NCBI GenBank assembly: GCA_037379345.1
Contig: CM074512.1
Location: forward strand, 45,074,001 to 45,138,000
DNA: 64,000 bases
Direction of reading: 5' to 3'
From: Perna viridis
Taxonomy: Eukaryota
Both the position numbers and the translations under genes were made by a program. Position 1 is the first letter of the stretch. Each line of letters opens with the position of its first letter. Below, piece by piece: positions 1 through 11,060 of the stretch. Below the pieces are notes generated by a model. It searched no databases. It was not told the DNA's origin and worked only from the letters and a program-made list of their open reading frames with translations.

Positions 1-2546
1 GAAATATATCTGGAAAATTTAAGTCACTGGTACTGGAAAGATATCGAAACAACATAGGCAACCAATGATGGCTTATTATTCCACGAAAAATCTACACACA
101 TTTTAATGTCTAAATAGTATTTCTCATGTATATTAACCACCATTAGAGTATACCCTTATTAACTCATCAACAATGTATTTATAACCGTTACTCTACCCTG
201 TATTGATAAATGTATCATTTTCCAAAAATTCAATAATTTTGAAATAGATTGCACTTTGCAATCCAAATTTAAATTATCACAAACATTTTTGTCTTTGCCA
301 ATCCATATACCTAAAAGCTGAAGAACCCCATCACACTCTTTAATATTCCAAGCATCTATTTCTTGTTTCGATATCTTTCCTGTACCAGTGACAAAATTCA
401 GATTTATCTTTATTCAATTTTGCCCCAGATGCTTGTTCATACAAATTTAGAACTCCAAAGGCCTCATTAATTGAATTTTTGTCAGACAATATCAATGTTG
501 TATCATCTGCATGTGAAAATATTTTCTCCTCACCAGATGTATTGGGAATTTGTATACCATAAATTCTACCATTCCTTTTAATCATAATACTCAAGGGTTC
601 AGCAACTAACACATATAACAAAGCTGATATAGGACATCCTTGTTTTACAGAGTTCTGTAATTGAAAATACTTGGACAAAAAACAATTGCATTTGACAGTT
701 TTGAAAATGTCAGTATAAAATATCTTTATCCATGAAATGAATTTCTCCCCAAATCCAAATTTCTGCAATACAGAAAATAAGTAGTCATGTCCATCTCTGT
801 CCAATGCCTTTTCCTGATCAAGTTTCAGCAAATAACATTCCATTACTACTAATTCTATAATATCTCTGACACTTACAGTAGTATCAAAAATATCTTCACC
901 AATAATACAACAACTCTGATATGGTGATATAATCTTTGGTAATACAAATTTAATTCTGTTGGCCATTACTCTTGCTAAAATTTTATAATCAACATTTAAC
1001 AGTTATAGGTCTGAAGTTTTTCAAGTCAGACTTGTCACCTCTATTCTTATAAATCAGGTTAATCATTCCATATCTCATAGATCTTGACAAAATGTTTTTT
1101 TCTCCAATACAGTCATAAATATATTTCAATACAGGTTTCAACTCACTAAAAAGTATAAATAAAATTCTACAGTGTTTTACCCTTTTTCATGCCTTTTATA
1201 GAGGTTTCAATTTCATCACTAGTAATTTCACAATTTTCAATATCACAATCTTCAACACTAACGTTAACACAGTCTAACATTTCCTCTATTGCCTCATGAT
1301 CAGTTTGATCACAAGAAAAAAGTTTCTCATAAAAATTGTGTACAACATCTAACATTTCAACAGAATCATTGACAACAATACCATCACAATTTTTTAAACT
1401 ACATTTCATATTTCTGTTTTGTCTATGTTTCTCTAAACTTAAGAAATAAGCTGTGTTCTCATCACTTACAATTGAGTACTGACATTTTGATTTAATAATA
1501 GCACAATTACATTTGTGTTTTTTCTAAACTTTCTAATTCATCTTTCAATTCTAAATATTTTACATGATCAATTGACATACTACAAGCTGACTTCTTTTTG
1601 TTTCTCTTTTCTGTATATTTTGCTGACTTTCTTTACTCTATATTTCAAATTATCCTACCAAATAAGTGGTTTGACAAATAAAAATCAGAACCAATTTCAT
1701 CCAGTAAAATCTGTCTAATCTTTTCAACATAAACATCATCATCTAATAAGGTTTTATTAAAAACCCAAACACCAGGTCCTTTTTTCGACCTCAGAGAAAT
1801 CAAGTTTCATATTTACAATGCTATGATCACTAAATCATGTTTACTATAAAAATATTCTTTATACATAGTTTTAAATTACTAGATAACAAAATATAATCAA
1901 TCAAGAAAACCTTGAACCTCCTGTTTTCTGGAAAACATTTTGACATTCACACTTCTATTTCTCCATACATCAAATAAACATTTATCATTCATCAAATTAG
2001 TTAAAAATTTTACAGATTTATCTGCACAAAAAGTAGTTTTTCCACTTCTATCTAAAGGACAGAACGCAGTATTGAAATCTCCTGCAACTATAATATATTC
2101 ATCTCCACATATTTTGTCTTTACAACCATTAAAAATGTACATTTATCACTGATACTATTATAAGCATACACATTGATTATATCAACATTTTTATCTTGAA
2201 CTTTACCTTGAATATGCAATAATCTTCCACATATACTATCACAAACTTTAAAAACATTTCTCAATCTTTTACTTAAAAGAATAGCCACACCTTGTCTATT
2301 ATAGTTACTATTACTAGCAAAAATATCACCACCCCATACGCTACTGTCATTCTATATATTTTTATATAAATCATCATTCCAGAATGTTTCTTGTAAACAT
2401 ACAACATCATATTTCCTTTCATTACACAATGTAAAAATACACTCTCTTTTGTTTTTGTCACAAAGATTATTACAATTAAGGCTTATAAAATTAAAAGAAG
2501 CCATCGCAAAACAAAAATGTAAAATAACAAACAAATAACACTCCAT
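1..2546 (-). pseudogene. E1 ORF2 remnant (APE endonuclease + reverse transcriptase), multiple frameshifts and stops
   Basis: ORFs 340-966, 1167-1409, 1897-2142, 2088-2288 and 2352-2546 are colinear with E2/E6 ORF2. Confidence 0.9.
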
Positions 2547-2559
2547 TGTTCCTTATTTC

Positions 2560-3337
2560 AATTTTTTAATGTATATTCGATAACCTTGCTGCTTTCAGAT
2601 TAGGCTTTATATTAATCTTACTACGCCTCTTAACACCCAAGCCAGTTTTTTCTAAGCTACAAGAGTAAAATCATCTTCACTTGCCCCTTGACTACTATAA
2701 GTCATCAGGAAAGTGTCCATTTCGAAGTCGTCAAAAGTGTCACTTAGAACACTTATTATTAAGGCATTTCCTGCTGACATGACCTTGCTCTCCACATTCA
2801 CAACACTTGAATTCAGGACAGTCCTTATCCATGTGGTCAGGACTAAAGCAACCATTACAAACTTTTACTTGGTGATTATGAATCACGCGGTAATATGCAG
2901 TCTCTTTCTCATTGACTGAAAACGTCATTGAATATGGGATTTACTTTATATTCTTGTTCCATCATCAATATTGTTCTTTGGTTTCATTTTATGCTTCTTA
3001 ATAACAAAAACAATTTCAACATCAATTTTATTAAATCTATCCACAATTTCCTCATCAGTCACATACATACTCAAATTAAGTATCGAAACTAATCTAAAGC
3101 TAGATTCCAATTCACTCACTTTGCATCTTTTTCCATCCACAGTCAGATCACCGAGTACTGGTTCCATCATCTGCCTTTCTCGAAATACAATTTCATATCC
3201 GTAACCAGTTTTTGGCACACATGCAATTACACTTCCTATACCACATTTCGATTCAATGTCATCTACTAACAAATCAGGCTCTACTTTTCCAAAACCCTCC
3301 AGAGCACAAACAATTAACAGTTTTCTCCTTAGAAAAC
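2560..3337 (-). pseudogene. E1 ORF1 remnant (CCHC zinc-knuckle protein); N-terminus displaced to 8142-8206 by the nested element
   Basis: CNGCFSPDHMDKDC and CCECGEQGHVSRKC knuckles. MANFDG...FDRN (8206-8142) continues as FSKEKT at ~3336, matching E2 ORF1 'QFSKEKT'. Confidence 0.85.
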
Positions 3338-3477
3338 ATAATTTCAGTCGTTTGAATATGTGACTGAAATTAATTTCTTCTGAATTGTCGGTTCATAGGG
3401 GCGTTATATGATCTGCGCGTGATTGGGAGTTTTTGGTGGTTAATTTCATTCAGCGCGACAGGGTCCTCTCGATTAGT
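3338..3477 (+). repeat. Split direct repeat A1
   Basis: ataatttcagtcgtttgaatatgtga...gggtcctctcgattagt recurs at 7694-7839. Confidence 0.9.
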
Positions 3478-3488
3478 CTAGTAAATTT

Positions 3489-4257
3489 TTGTTCCGTGCT
3501 TTCCGTCTTGCTTTCAACATGAACACTGAAGGTGATGATAGCATTTCACTAAGAACTGTGTTAAATGCCGTTAATCAACAGGCCAAAGATGTCGAAGCGA
3601 TAATTGATGCAAAAGTCACTGAGAAAATCGCAGGAATTAGGGAAGAACTTCAAGGTGCAAACCAACTAGTTAAGTCGCAGGTCAAAAAGTTGAAAACTGA
3701 CGCTACTTACAAATGGAAGTATGAAGGTAACAAGGTCCAATTTGATTTTAATACTGAGAACCTTGAAGAATTAGTTCAGTCTCTGTGGGCTGTAGACAAT
3801 GGGAAAACTGATTATGCTCGTGATCTTATTTCCACAACCACTGATAAAATAAAACACCACAACAAGCTCATAAAGATTGCTGACACTTCGGAAGGCGGGT
3901 GGGACACAGCAAAACAGTATGATGCAAACCCCATAGCTAGTGATTCCGATGATGAGGCCAAAATCATCCGCGCAGATAAGAGGGCCGTTCGTAAGAAGAA
4001 GGCTAAAGCTAAGGAAAGGAGTTCTACTTCAAAACCTAGCGCCAGTAATCAGTCACTCCTAGGAAATGCACCTGGCTTTATTCAGCCGTCCTTTCGTGGG
4101 CTCCAGCAACCTTGGTTCTACAATGCCCCCGTTCAAGGATTCAACGCTGGTAAGATCCAAAGGGGAGAGTGCTACTCCTTCGTACACCCACTACAGATCG
4201 AGTTGTCCATACGTCAACGGTAGTAACCCAGACGTCGCACAGAACAAGTCACAGTAA
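3489..4257 (+). pseudogene. gag-like ORF of the YR retrotransposon (frameshifted in the C-terminal Cys/His motif)
   Basis: 244-aa ORF directly after A1; IADTSEGGW...Y motif; ends in GECYS / HYRSSCP split over two frames. Confidence 0.7.
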
Positions 4258-4359
4258 TCTTTTAAAAGATGAATATCTTACTAGTAGTAATGATTATGTT
4301 AATGACATTCAATGATAAACAACTATTTTTAATATGAATTTGGCCAGTCAGATATTATA

Positions 4360-5785
4360 GTTAAGGGTAGACTTAAAAATAACATTGATTTTTGGATAGA
4401 TATTGGAGCAGCACAGTTTATTATTGATACTATTAGATACGGGTGTGTTTTGCCTTTTTATTCTAATTCTACATCAGTGTGTTTACCTAACAATAAGTCA
4501 GCATTAAATCATGCGGAATTTGTCGATACAGCTATTTTAGATTTATTAGCTAGAAGTTTAATTGAAGAATCTTCACATGCTCCTTTTGTAGTGAACCCTT
4601 TAACTGTGTCCGTTCAGTCTAACAGTAAAAAGCGATTGATCTTAGTTTAAGAGAGATTAATAGACATTTATATAGACAGAGTGTAAAATTTGAAGACATG
4701 AGGACAGCCAAGCAGTACATTAACTGTAATTCTTATTTATGACGTCCACTCGGCTTATCATCATATACATATTTTTCATCTCCATACTAAATATTTAGCA
4801 TTTTCATGGCAATTTAATGGCATCAAAAAATTCTTCAAGTTTTTAGTATTGCCATTTGGTTTGTGCACTGCTTGCTATATTTTTACTAAATTAACCAGAC
4901 CACTCATTAAAACGTGGCGTAGTGAAGGAAAACAGGTGATTATGTATTTGGACGATGGATTAGGTGTACACGATGATGAGGAATCTTGTAAATCTATGGG
5001 TATGCAAGTGAAAAATGACTTAATTCATAGTGGGTTTGTTCCTAAAGCTGAAAAATCGCTGTGGACACCAACAAAAACACTTGTTTGGTTAGGTACATAC
5101 ATTGACACTGATAGTGGATTTTTTAGCATTCCTGAAAATCATATTCAGAAGATTATGAACACTATTACTGAAATAGACGATTTGTTAGCCAAAAGAGGCA
5201 CAGTTTTTGTTAGGAGCTTCATTTGTTGGACAAATTATTTCTACCTCTTTGGTAGTTGGTAATATTGCATATTTAATGCCAAAACATTTATCCATTGATA
5301 TAAATAGTGCACCTTCATGGAATAGCTACATTCATTTATCTACTGATAGTATTAAACAGATAAACTTTTGGAGGCATAATATAAACATGGTAAATGTTAA
5401 ACATTTTAAAACTGACGTTTCTTGCCAATCCATAGTATATAGTGATGCCAGTAACACTGGGTATGGAGGGTATTGTGTCGAGAACCCATACAGTATAGCT
5501 CATGGAATGTGGTCTGAATTTGAGTTTGGCAACAGTTCTACTTGGCAGGAATTGGCTGCAGTCAGAAATGTATTTTTGTCATTAATTCAATTTTTTTCTG
5601 GGAAAACTATAAAATGGTTTACAGATAATCAAAACATTGTCAGTATTGTCAGTAAGGCTACTACCAAGTCAGTTTTGCAGAGATTAGCATTAGACATTTT
5701 TGCTATCTGTATTAAACATGGTGTGAACATTGACATGTTTTGGATCCCTAGAGGCGAGAATCAAAGGGCAGACTATTTAAGTTGA
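4360..5785 (+). pseudogene. RT-RNase H of the YR retrotransposon (frameshifted)
   Basis: VNPLTV..KKRLI, PFGL, YLDD (4945-4956); RNase H motifs YSDASNTGYGG, ELAAV, WFTDNQ, WIPRGENQRADYLS. Confidence 0.88.
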
Positions 5786-6248
5786 ATAGTAGACCCCGAT
5801 GACTTGGGGCATTTCAGATTTAGTCTAATATTGTGGAGTTCCTGTGGGGGTTCGTGAATTTGGTTGGTTTGCGTCTGATGACAGTTTCAAATTGCCAGTG
5901 TTTTATTCCAGATATTTGAATGTGCATTCAACTGGTGTTGGCGCATTTACGGTTGACTGGCGAGGGATCAATGGTCTTTTTGTTCCTCCTATTTCATTGA
6001 TCCCACGCGTATAAGTCTATATGCGATAGTGTGGAGCTGTTGGAACTTTGATTTTACCTTACTGGCCCTCTGCAAGGTACTGGCCAATGCTTTGTCCTTC
6101 TGGTGATGGTTTTATAACTGAGGTTAAATATTTTATAGATCTTCCTACTAACAGGGATGCCTATATACCAGGTAGAACTAAGAAAGCCATTTTCGGCAAT
6201 GTTTATCTGACTTTTCGTATGTTAGCATTACGACTAGATTTTCGGTGA
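5786..6248 (+). pseudogene. DNA N6-adenine methyltransferase-like domain of DIRS/PAT elements
   Basis: FYSR...GAFTVDW...FVPPISLIPRV...LILPYWPSARYWPML directly after the RNase H domain. Confidence 0.65.
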
Positions 6249-6473
6249 ATTACATCTCTCTGATCTAGTATTTTTGAAAGATCTCTCTTGATTTGTATTC
6301 TTTTCTTTTAAATTTTGAATTTGTTTGAATACAGATACATATGATAGTTTTATATTATTTGCAACATGTATTTGCATATTTATATAATATATTTGTTATA
6401 GTTAGCTTTACACTGTTTTGACAAACAATTAATACTCATAGTTTTTTTTATATTTACACATGTCTTTTTGCAG

Positions 6474-7470
6474 GCGTTTAGTACCGATTTTGAGAATTTG
6501 CCAGATAGTTTATCCAGTACAGTGCATTTACTACCAGATTTACTTTTGGAGTCACGTGCAGTATCTACAACGAAAGATTATTTAGATCGTATAAGTTTTT
6601 ACGATGGAAAGAATGGGCCGTAGGTAATGGAATCAGTGGTTCCGACATTTTACCGGCGAAACCTTTTCATGTAGCTCTTTATTTGGCTTCATTAATACAG
6701 TCTTGCTCTACTGCAAGTCCCGTTATCCAAGCTTTTTACAGTTTGAAATGTTCATTCTTTGATAGGATCGAACATTTCGCCTGTGGAATCCTCTTTAGTT
6801 TTAAATGTGTTAGAGGGATCAAAACGTCGTTTAGCAACTAAAAGGAACAACAAAGAACCAATTACGTCAGAATTAATGCAAAATATGTACATTTCGTTAT
6901 TTTCCGTTGGTAATGTGTACAATCAACGTATTATTTGTGCTTGTCTTGTTGCATATGCCGGGTTTTTGAGAGTTTTAGAATTACTTAGTATTCATAGAAG
7001 TGATTTAGTAATAAATGATCTATATATGTCAATTTTTATACAAAAAAGTAAAACGGATATTTACGGAGATAAAAATTGGGTTTTAATTTCCCTGATTAGT
7101 TCAAATTGTGTCCAGTTAAGAATATGGAATTATATTTACAGTGGACAAATTTCCGGGTGAATTCAGGTACGTTGATTTTCCGAAATCTATCAAAGTGTAA
7201 GGTAGGTTATGTGCTGCGCGAGAAGAACAAACCACTATCGTATTCTAGAATGTGTGAGCTTTTCATAGAAGCCTTTCAACCATTCGTTCCTGACATTACA
7301 AAATATGGCCTTCATAGTTTAAGGTCTGGCGACGCAAGTATATGTGCAAACTTAGGCATCCCTGATCGCCTGTTTAAGAGACATGCAGATAGCGATCAGA
7401 GACAGCGAAAGACGGTTATGTAAAAGATTCCGTGAATGACTTGTTGAGAGTTTCGCAAAATTTAGTTTTA
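6474..7470 (+). pseudogene. Tyrosine recombinase (frameshifted)
   Basis: AYAGFLR..EL (catalytic R), KSKTD, YGLHSLRSG (HxxR), RLFKRH. Confidence 0.85.
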
Positions 7471-7538
7471 TAGGGATTTCGTAGTAATTTAGCTAGACAA
7501 AATTTTATTTTTAGCTTGTATCTTCCCTTTCTTTGGTT

Positions 7539-7691
7539 CAGCCCTCGGCTCTGTCGTGCGGTTATTCACTTTAAGTAATTTTTCTCTTATTTTGCCATAT
7601 GTATGACAGATATCTAGCAGATATGCTATACGTTACTGATATGATGGTATGATTTCGTTGTTCGTTCTCTATGGCGTTAAAGGTTGAAGAA
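7539..7691 (+). repeat. Split direct repeat B1
   Basis: cagccctcggctctgtcgtgcgg...aaggttgaagaa recurs at 7990-8141. Confidence 0.9.
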
Positions 7692-7693
7692 AT

Positions 7694-7839
7694 ATAATTT
7701 CAGTCGTTTGAATATGTGAATTACACTGAAATTAATTTCTTCTAAATTGTCAGTCCATAGGGGGCGTTATATGTTCTGCGCATGATTGGGAGTTTTGGCG
7801 GTTAATTTCATTCAGCGCGACAGGGTCCTCTCGATTAGT
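7694..7839 (+). repeat. Split direct repeat A2 (abuts B1, forming the circle-junction-like B-A site)
   Basis: Copy of 3338-3477. Confidence 0.9.
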
Positions 7840-7989
7840 AATTTTTTTAACGGAATTTTATCTAGCTGATATTGCTATTTTCTTGATTATAATTCTTTTT
7901 ACTGATTGATATATATGAATTTGATGAACTGATAATTACATATATTTATAATGTGTTGATTATATAATTGGTTTATAACTATATTAAAC

Positions 7990-8141
7990 CAGCCCTCGGC
8001 TCTGTCGTGCGGTTATTCACTTTAAGTAATTTTCTATTATTTAGCCCTAAGTATGACAGATATCTAGTAGATATGCAATACGTTACTGATATGATGGTAT
8101 GATTTTGTTGTTCGTTCTCTATGGTGTTAAAGGTTGAAGAA
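7990..8141 (+). repeat. Split direct repeat B2 (right terminus)
   Basis: Copy of 7539-7691; E1 ORF1 sequence resumes at 8142. Confidence 0.9.
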
Positions 8142-8724
8142 TTCCGATCAAAATTAGCCGACTTTCCATTGGACATGTCTGGTCCACTTCCGTCAAAGTT
8201 AGCCATTAGTTTTTAGTAAGATCTCCAAATAAAAATCAAACACACCCTTCCTCCCCCTTTCTCCTGCAACGAAATCACAGGAAAAGGGGCAAACAGACAA
8301 TTGTTTCTATGCAAACTGTTATCACATTCAATCAATAATCAAAGAGCAATCTTCAGAAAATGTTTATGAACACAGATAAGGCCATGAACTCACCAAACAA
8401 TGAAAATTCTCCGGACGACACAATGTTTACCTCTTAAATATGGTACATCCAAAAACCGACCTCGTATGAAGTAGAATTGTTGACCTAACTTAGTGTATCA
8501 TCCAAAACAATGTCAATCGCTGACAAAGAAATAAATTCAGGTCAGTATAAGAATAAACATTAACAGCTTCAGAACCGAACTGACCAGTATGCAATGCAGG
8601 TGCAAAAAATATAGTTGTACTTGGTGATGACTCCCTCAGTTATCAATAAAAATAAATATTAAATGAAAGCAAAGCATTTAGAAAAACAGAGGCAAAACTG
8701 AAAATCTTCACCAAAAAATTCCAT

Positions 8725-8797
8725 CGCCCAACGTGGGGCTCGAACCCACGACCCTGAGATTAAAAGTCTCATGCTCTACCGACTGAGCTAGCCGGGC
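8725..8797 (-). tRNA. tRNA-Lys with anticodon TTT on a Lys(CTT) body
   Basis: Identical to the array Lys gene except + strand gagattaAAAgtctc (8764 g>a). Confidence 0.8.
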
Positions 8798-9216
8798 TGA
8801 GATAAAGTGCGTAACTCAATTCTGAACACATTCGTGTGAGTTACCGGTCGCGTAAATTAAGTTTAGCTATATCTGTCAGAAGCGTTGATTTGAAGATTGA
8901 AATTTTGCGAAAAGGGAAACATATTAATTCAAATTTCTCGAATTGAAAATAAACAAGATGCTTAATATAGTGCTTAATTATTTTCAGACAGTGTGTTTTC
9001 AAATAGATTTCTACAGTGCGGTAAAACAAAACAAAAAAAATAATAATAAAACGATGACGCGCGTTCCCAATTGATGAATTAAACCATTACGACTATCAAA
9101 TGCTTCTTTTAAATCTCGATTCTAAATGTTTATCAACTACCCATTAAAATATTTGTAACTAAATTGCGCCTTTCCTGGGGTGCTTTAAAGCCTATGTTGC
9201 GCAGTTGTAATGTTGT

Positions 9217-9254
9217 GACCGCGTGGCCTAATGGATAAGGTGTCTGACTTTGGA
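9217..9254 (+). pseudogene. 5' part of tRNA-Arg split by E2 (includes left TSD 9240-9254)
   Basis: GACCGCGTGGCCTAATGGATAAG-GTGTCTGACTTTGGA, followed by the element. Confidence 0.9.
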
Positions 9255-9549
9255 GCTGGTTTTTGGATGTACCATGTTTAACATGTAAACAAAGTGTTGT
9301 CCGGAAATTATTCTGATTTTGGCGAGTTCTTCGCCATATTTGTAACTGTAAACATTTCCTGAAGTTTAATGTGTATTATATGATTGAATGTGACATATAT
9401 TATCGCATAATATTTGTTGAATAGCCCTTTTCCTGTGTTTTCGTTACAGGGAAAAGGGGGGGGAAGGTGTGTTCGATTTGTATTCAGTGGTTTGAGTGAA
9501 GACTGATGGCAAACTTTAATAATAGTGGGGGAGACAGTTCTCGAAAAAC

Positions 9550-11054
9550 ATGAATTTTTCAAATGAACAGTTCTCAAAGGAGAAAACCATTTTAGTTGGG
9601 TGCCCCGTAGATGGTTTTGGTGCCGTGGAGGCTGAAATGATTATTGATGAAATTGAAAAGAAATGTGGTGTTGGAAGTGTCGTTGCATGCGTACCGAAAA
9701 ATGGAGTTGGTTATGAGGTGGTACTAAGAGAGAGAAAAATGATGGAATCCGTTATTGGTGAACTATCTTTAAATGGTAAAAAGTATGCTGTTAATGAATT
9801 AGAGGCAAGTTTTAAGTACGTTTCAATTCTAAATTTAAGTATGTATGTCTCAGATCGAGAAATTATTGATAGATTTTCCAAGATTGGAGTGGAGATTGTT
9901 TCTCCGATAAAGAAGCATAGGATGAAGTCAAAGAATAATGTCTTTGACGGAACTCGTATTTTCAAAGTTAAACTTCCGCCGAACATGGCTTCAATACCGT
10001 ATTCAGTGAAGTTTTCAGTTAATGAAAAGGAGACGGCTTACTACCGGGTTATTCATAACCAACAAGTCAAGGTGTGCTCTGGGTGCTTTAGCTCAGAACA
10101 TATATACAAAGACTGTCCAGAATTCAAATGTTTTGAATGTGGTCAGCAGGGGCACATTAGTAGAGAATGTTTAAAAAACAAGTGTGCGTTTTGTTTTCGA
10201 AAGAAAGGCTATTGTAATTGCAAAGCCAGAGAAGAATTGCAAATTGTGAATCAATTTCCACAATTTTCTTCTGAGAATTTGCAAGAAATGTCATGTCGGG
10301 AGTTGATAAAAGAAGCAGATGAGGAGGCTATGGAAACCACAGATGTGAAAGTTGGATATACGGATAGAAATTGTACGGAGAAGGAGGTTTGTACAAGTGT
10401 GCAGGGGAATGTTGATCCTCGTTAAGGTACAGATGTAGGAGATAGTATGGAAGATGGAATCGTGAGTGTAAATGGCGATGCTAGTCATTACACTGAGGAT
10501 GTAGATGAAGTGGGTTTTGGTGACAGTGCTAAAGGTGGTGCTAGCCTTTGCACTGATGATGAGGGTGACGGTGATTGGAATGGAGATGGTATTTACATTG
10601 ATGAGGAGGAGTGTTTTGAGATGGAAGATGGTGTTGGTGATGACAGTGCGGAATGTGTCAGAGATGATAAAGTCAAGAAAGGTACAGATAAAGAACTAAA
10701 CAATATTTGTTTGAATAATTGTAATATTGAACCAATTTTGCTTACTAAATCAAATGTTGAATTGTCTGCTGAAAATAGAATTGAGAAAATGTCTGATGGT
10801 TTGAGTGTTGAAAGTGCTGTCTCCCCCCTTGAACAAAATGACAATAGCCAAGGGGAAGTTCATGTGATTCTCTGGATGAGATTACTATGGACACTTTTCC
10901 CGTGGTCAGTGAAGACCAAGAGGAAAGTGGAGATACTTTCACTGTTGTAGGGAAGAAGAGAAATTACTTGGGTATTAAAAGGAGAAGTATGCTTAATACC
11001 AAGCCTAATATTAAAGCAGCAAGGTTGTCAAATTTACAAAAAACATTTGAATAG
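9550..11054 (+). pseudogene. E2 ORF1 (CCHC zinc knuckles plus acidic tail), frameshifted
   Basis: ORFs 9550-10425 and 10447-10950; CSGCFSSEHIYKDC, CFECGQQGHISREC. Confidence 0.85.
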
Positions 11055-11060
11055 TTAATA

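Larger units (their letters stand above)
3338..8141 (+). mobile_element. Tyrosine-recombinase retrotransposon (DIRS order, PAT-like: split direct repeats plus methyltransferase-like domain), decayed
   Basis: Layout is A1-gag-RT/RNaseH-MT-YR-B1-A2-B2. No target-site duplication is visible. Confidence 0.88.
1..8464 (-). mobile_element. E1: old, decayed L1/Tx1-type non-LTR retrotransposon (family A), interrupted by a nested YR retrotransposon; 3' end lies outside the window
   Basis: Fragmented APE (CLQETFW, AGDFN), RT (KQGCPIS, HADD) and zinc-knuckle ORF1 pieces. Its 5' end (revcomp GTCGGTTTTTGGATGTACCAT at ~8440-8460) matches the 5' end of E2 (GCTGGTTTTTGGATGTACCAT at 9255). Confidence 0.9.
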
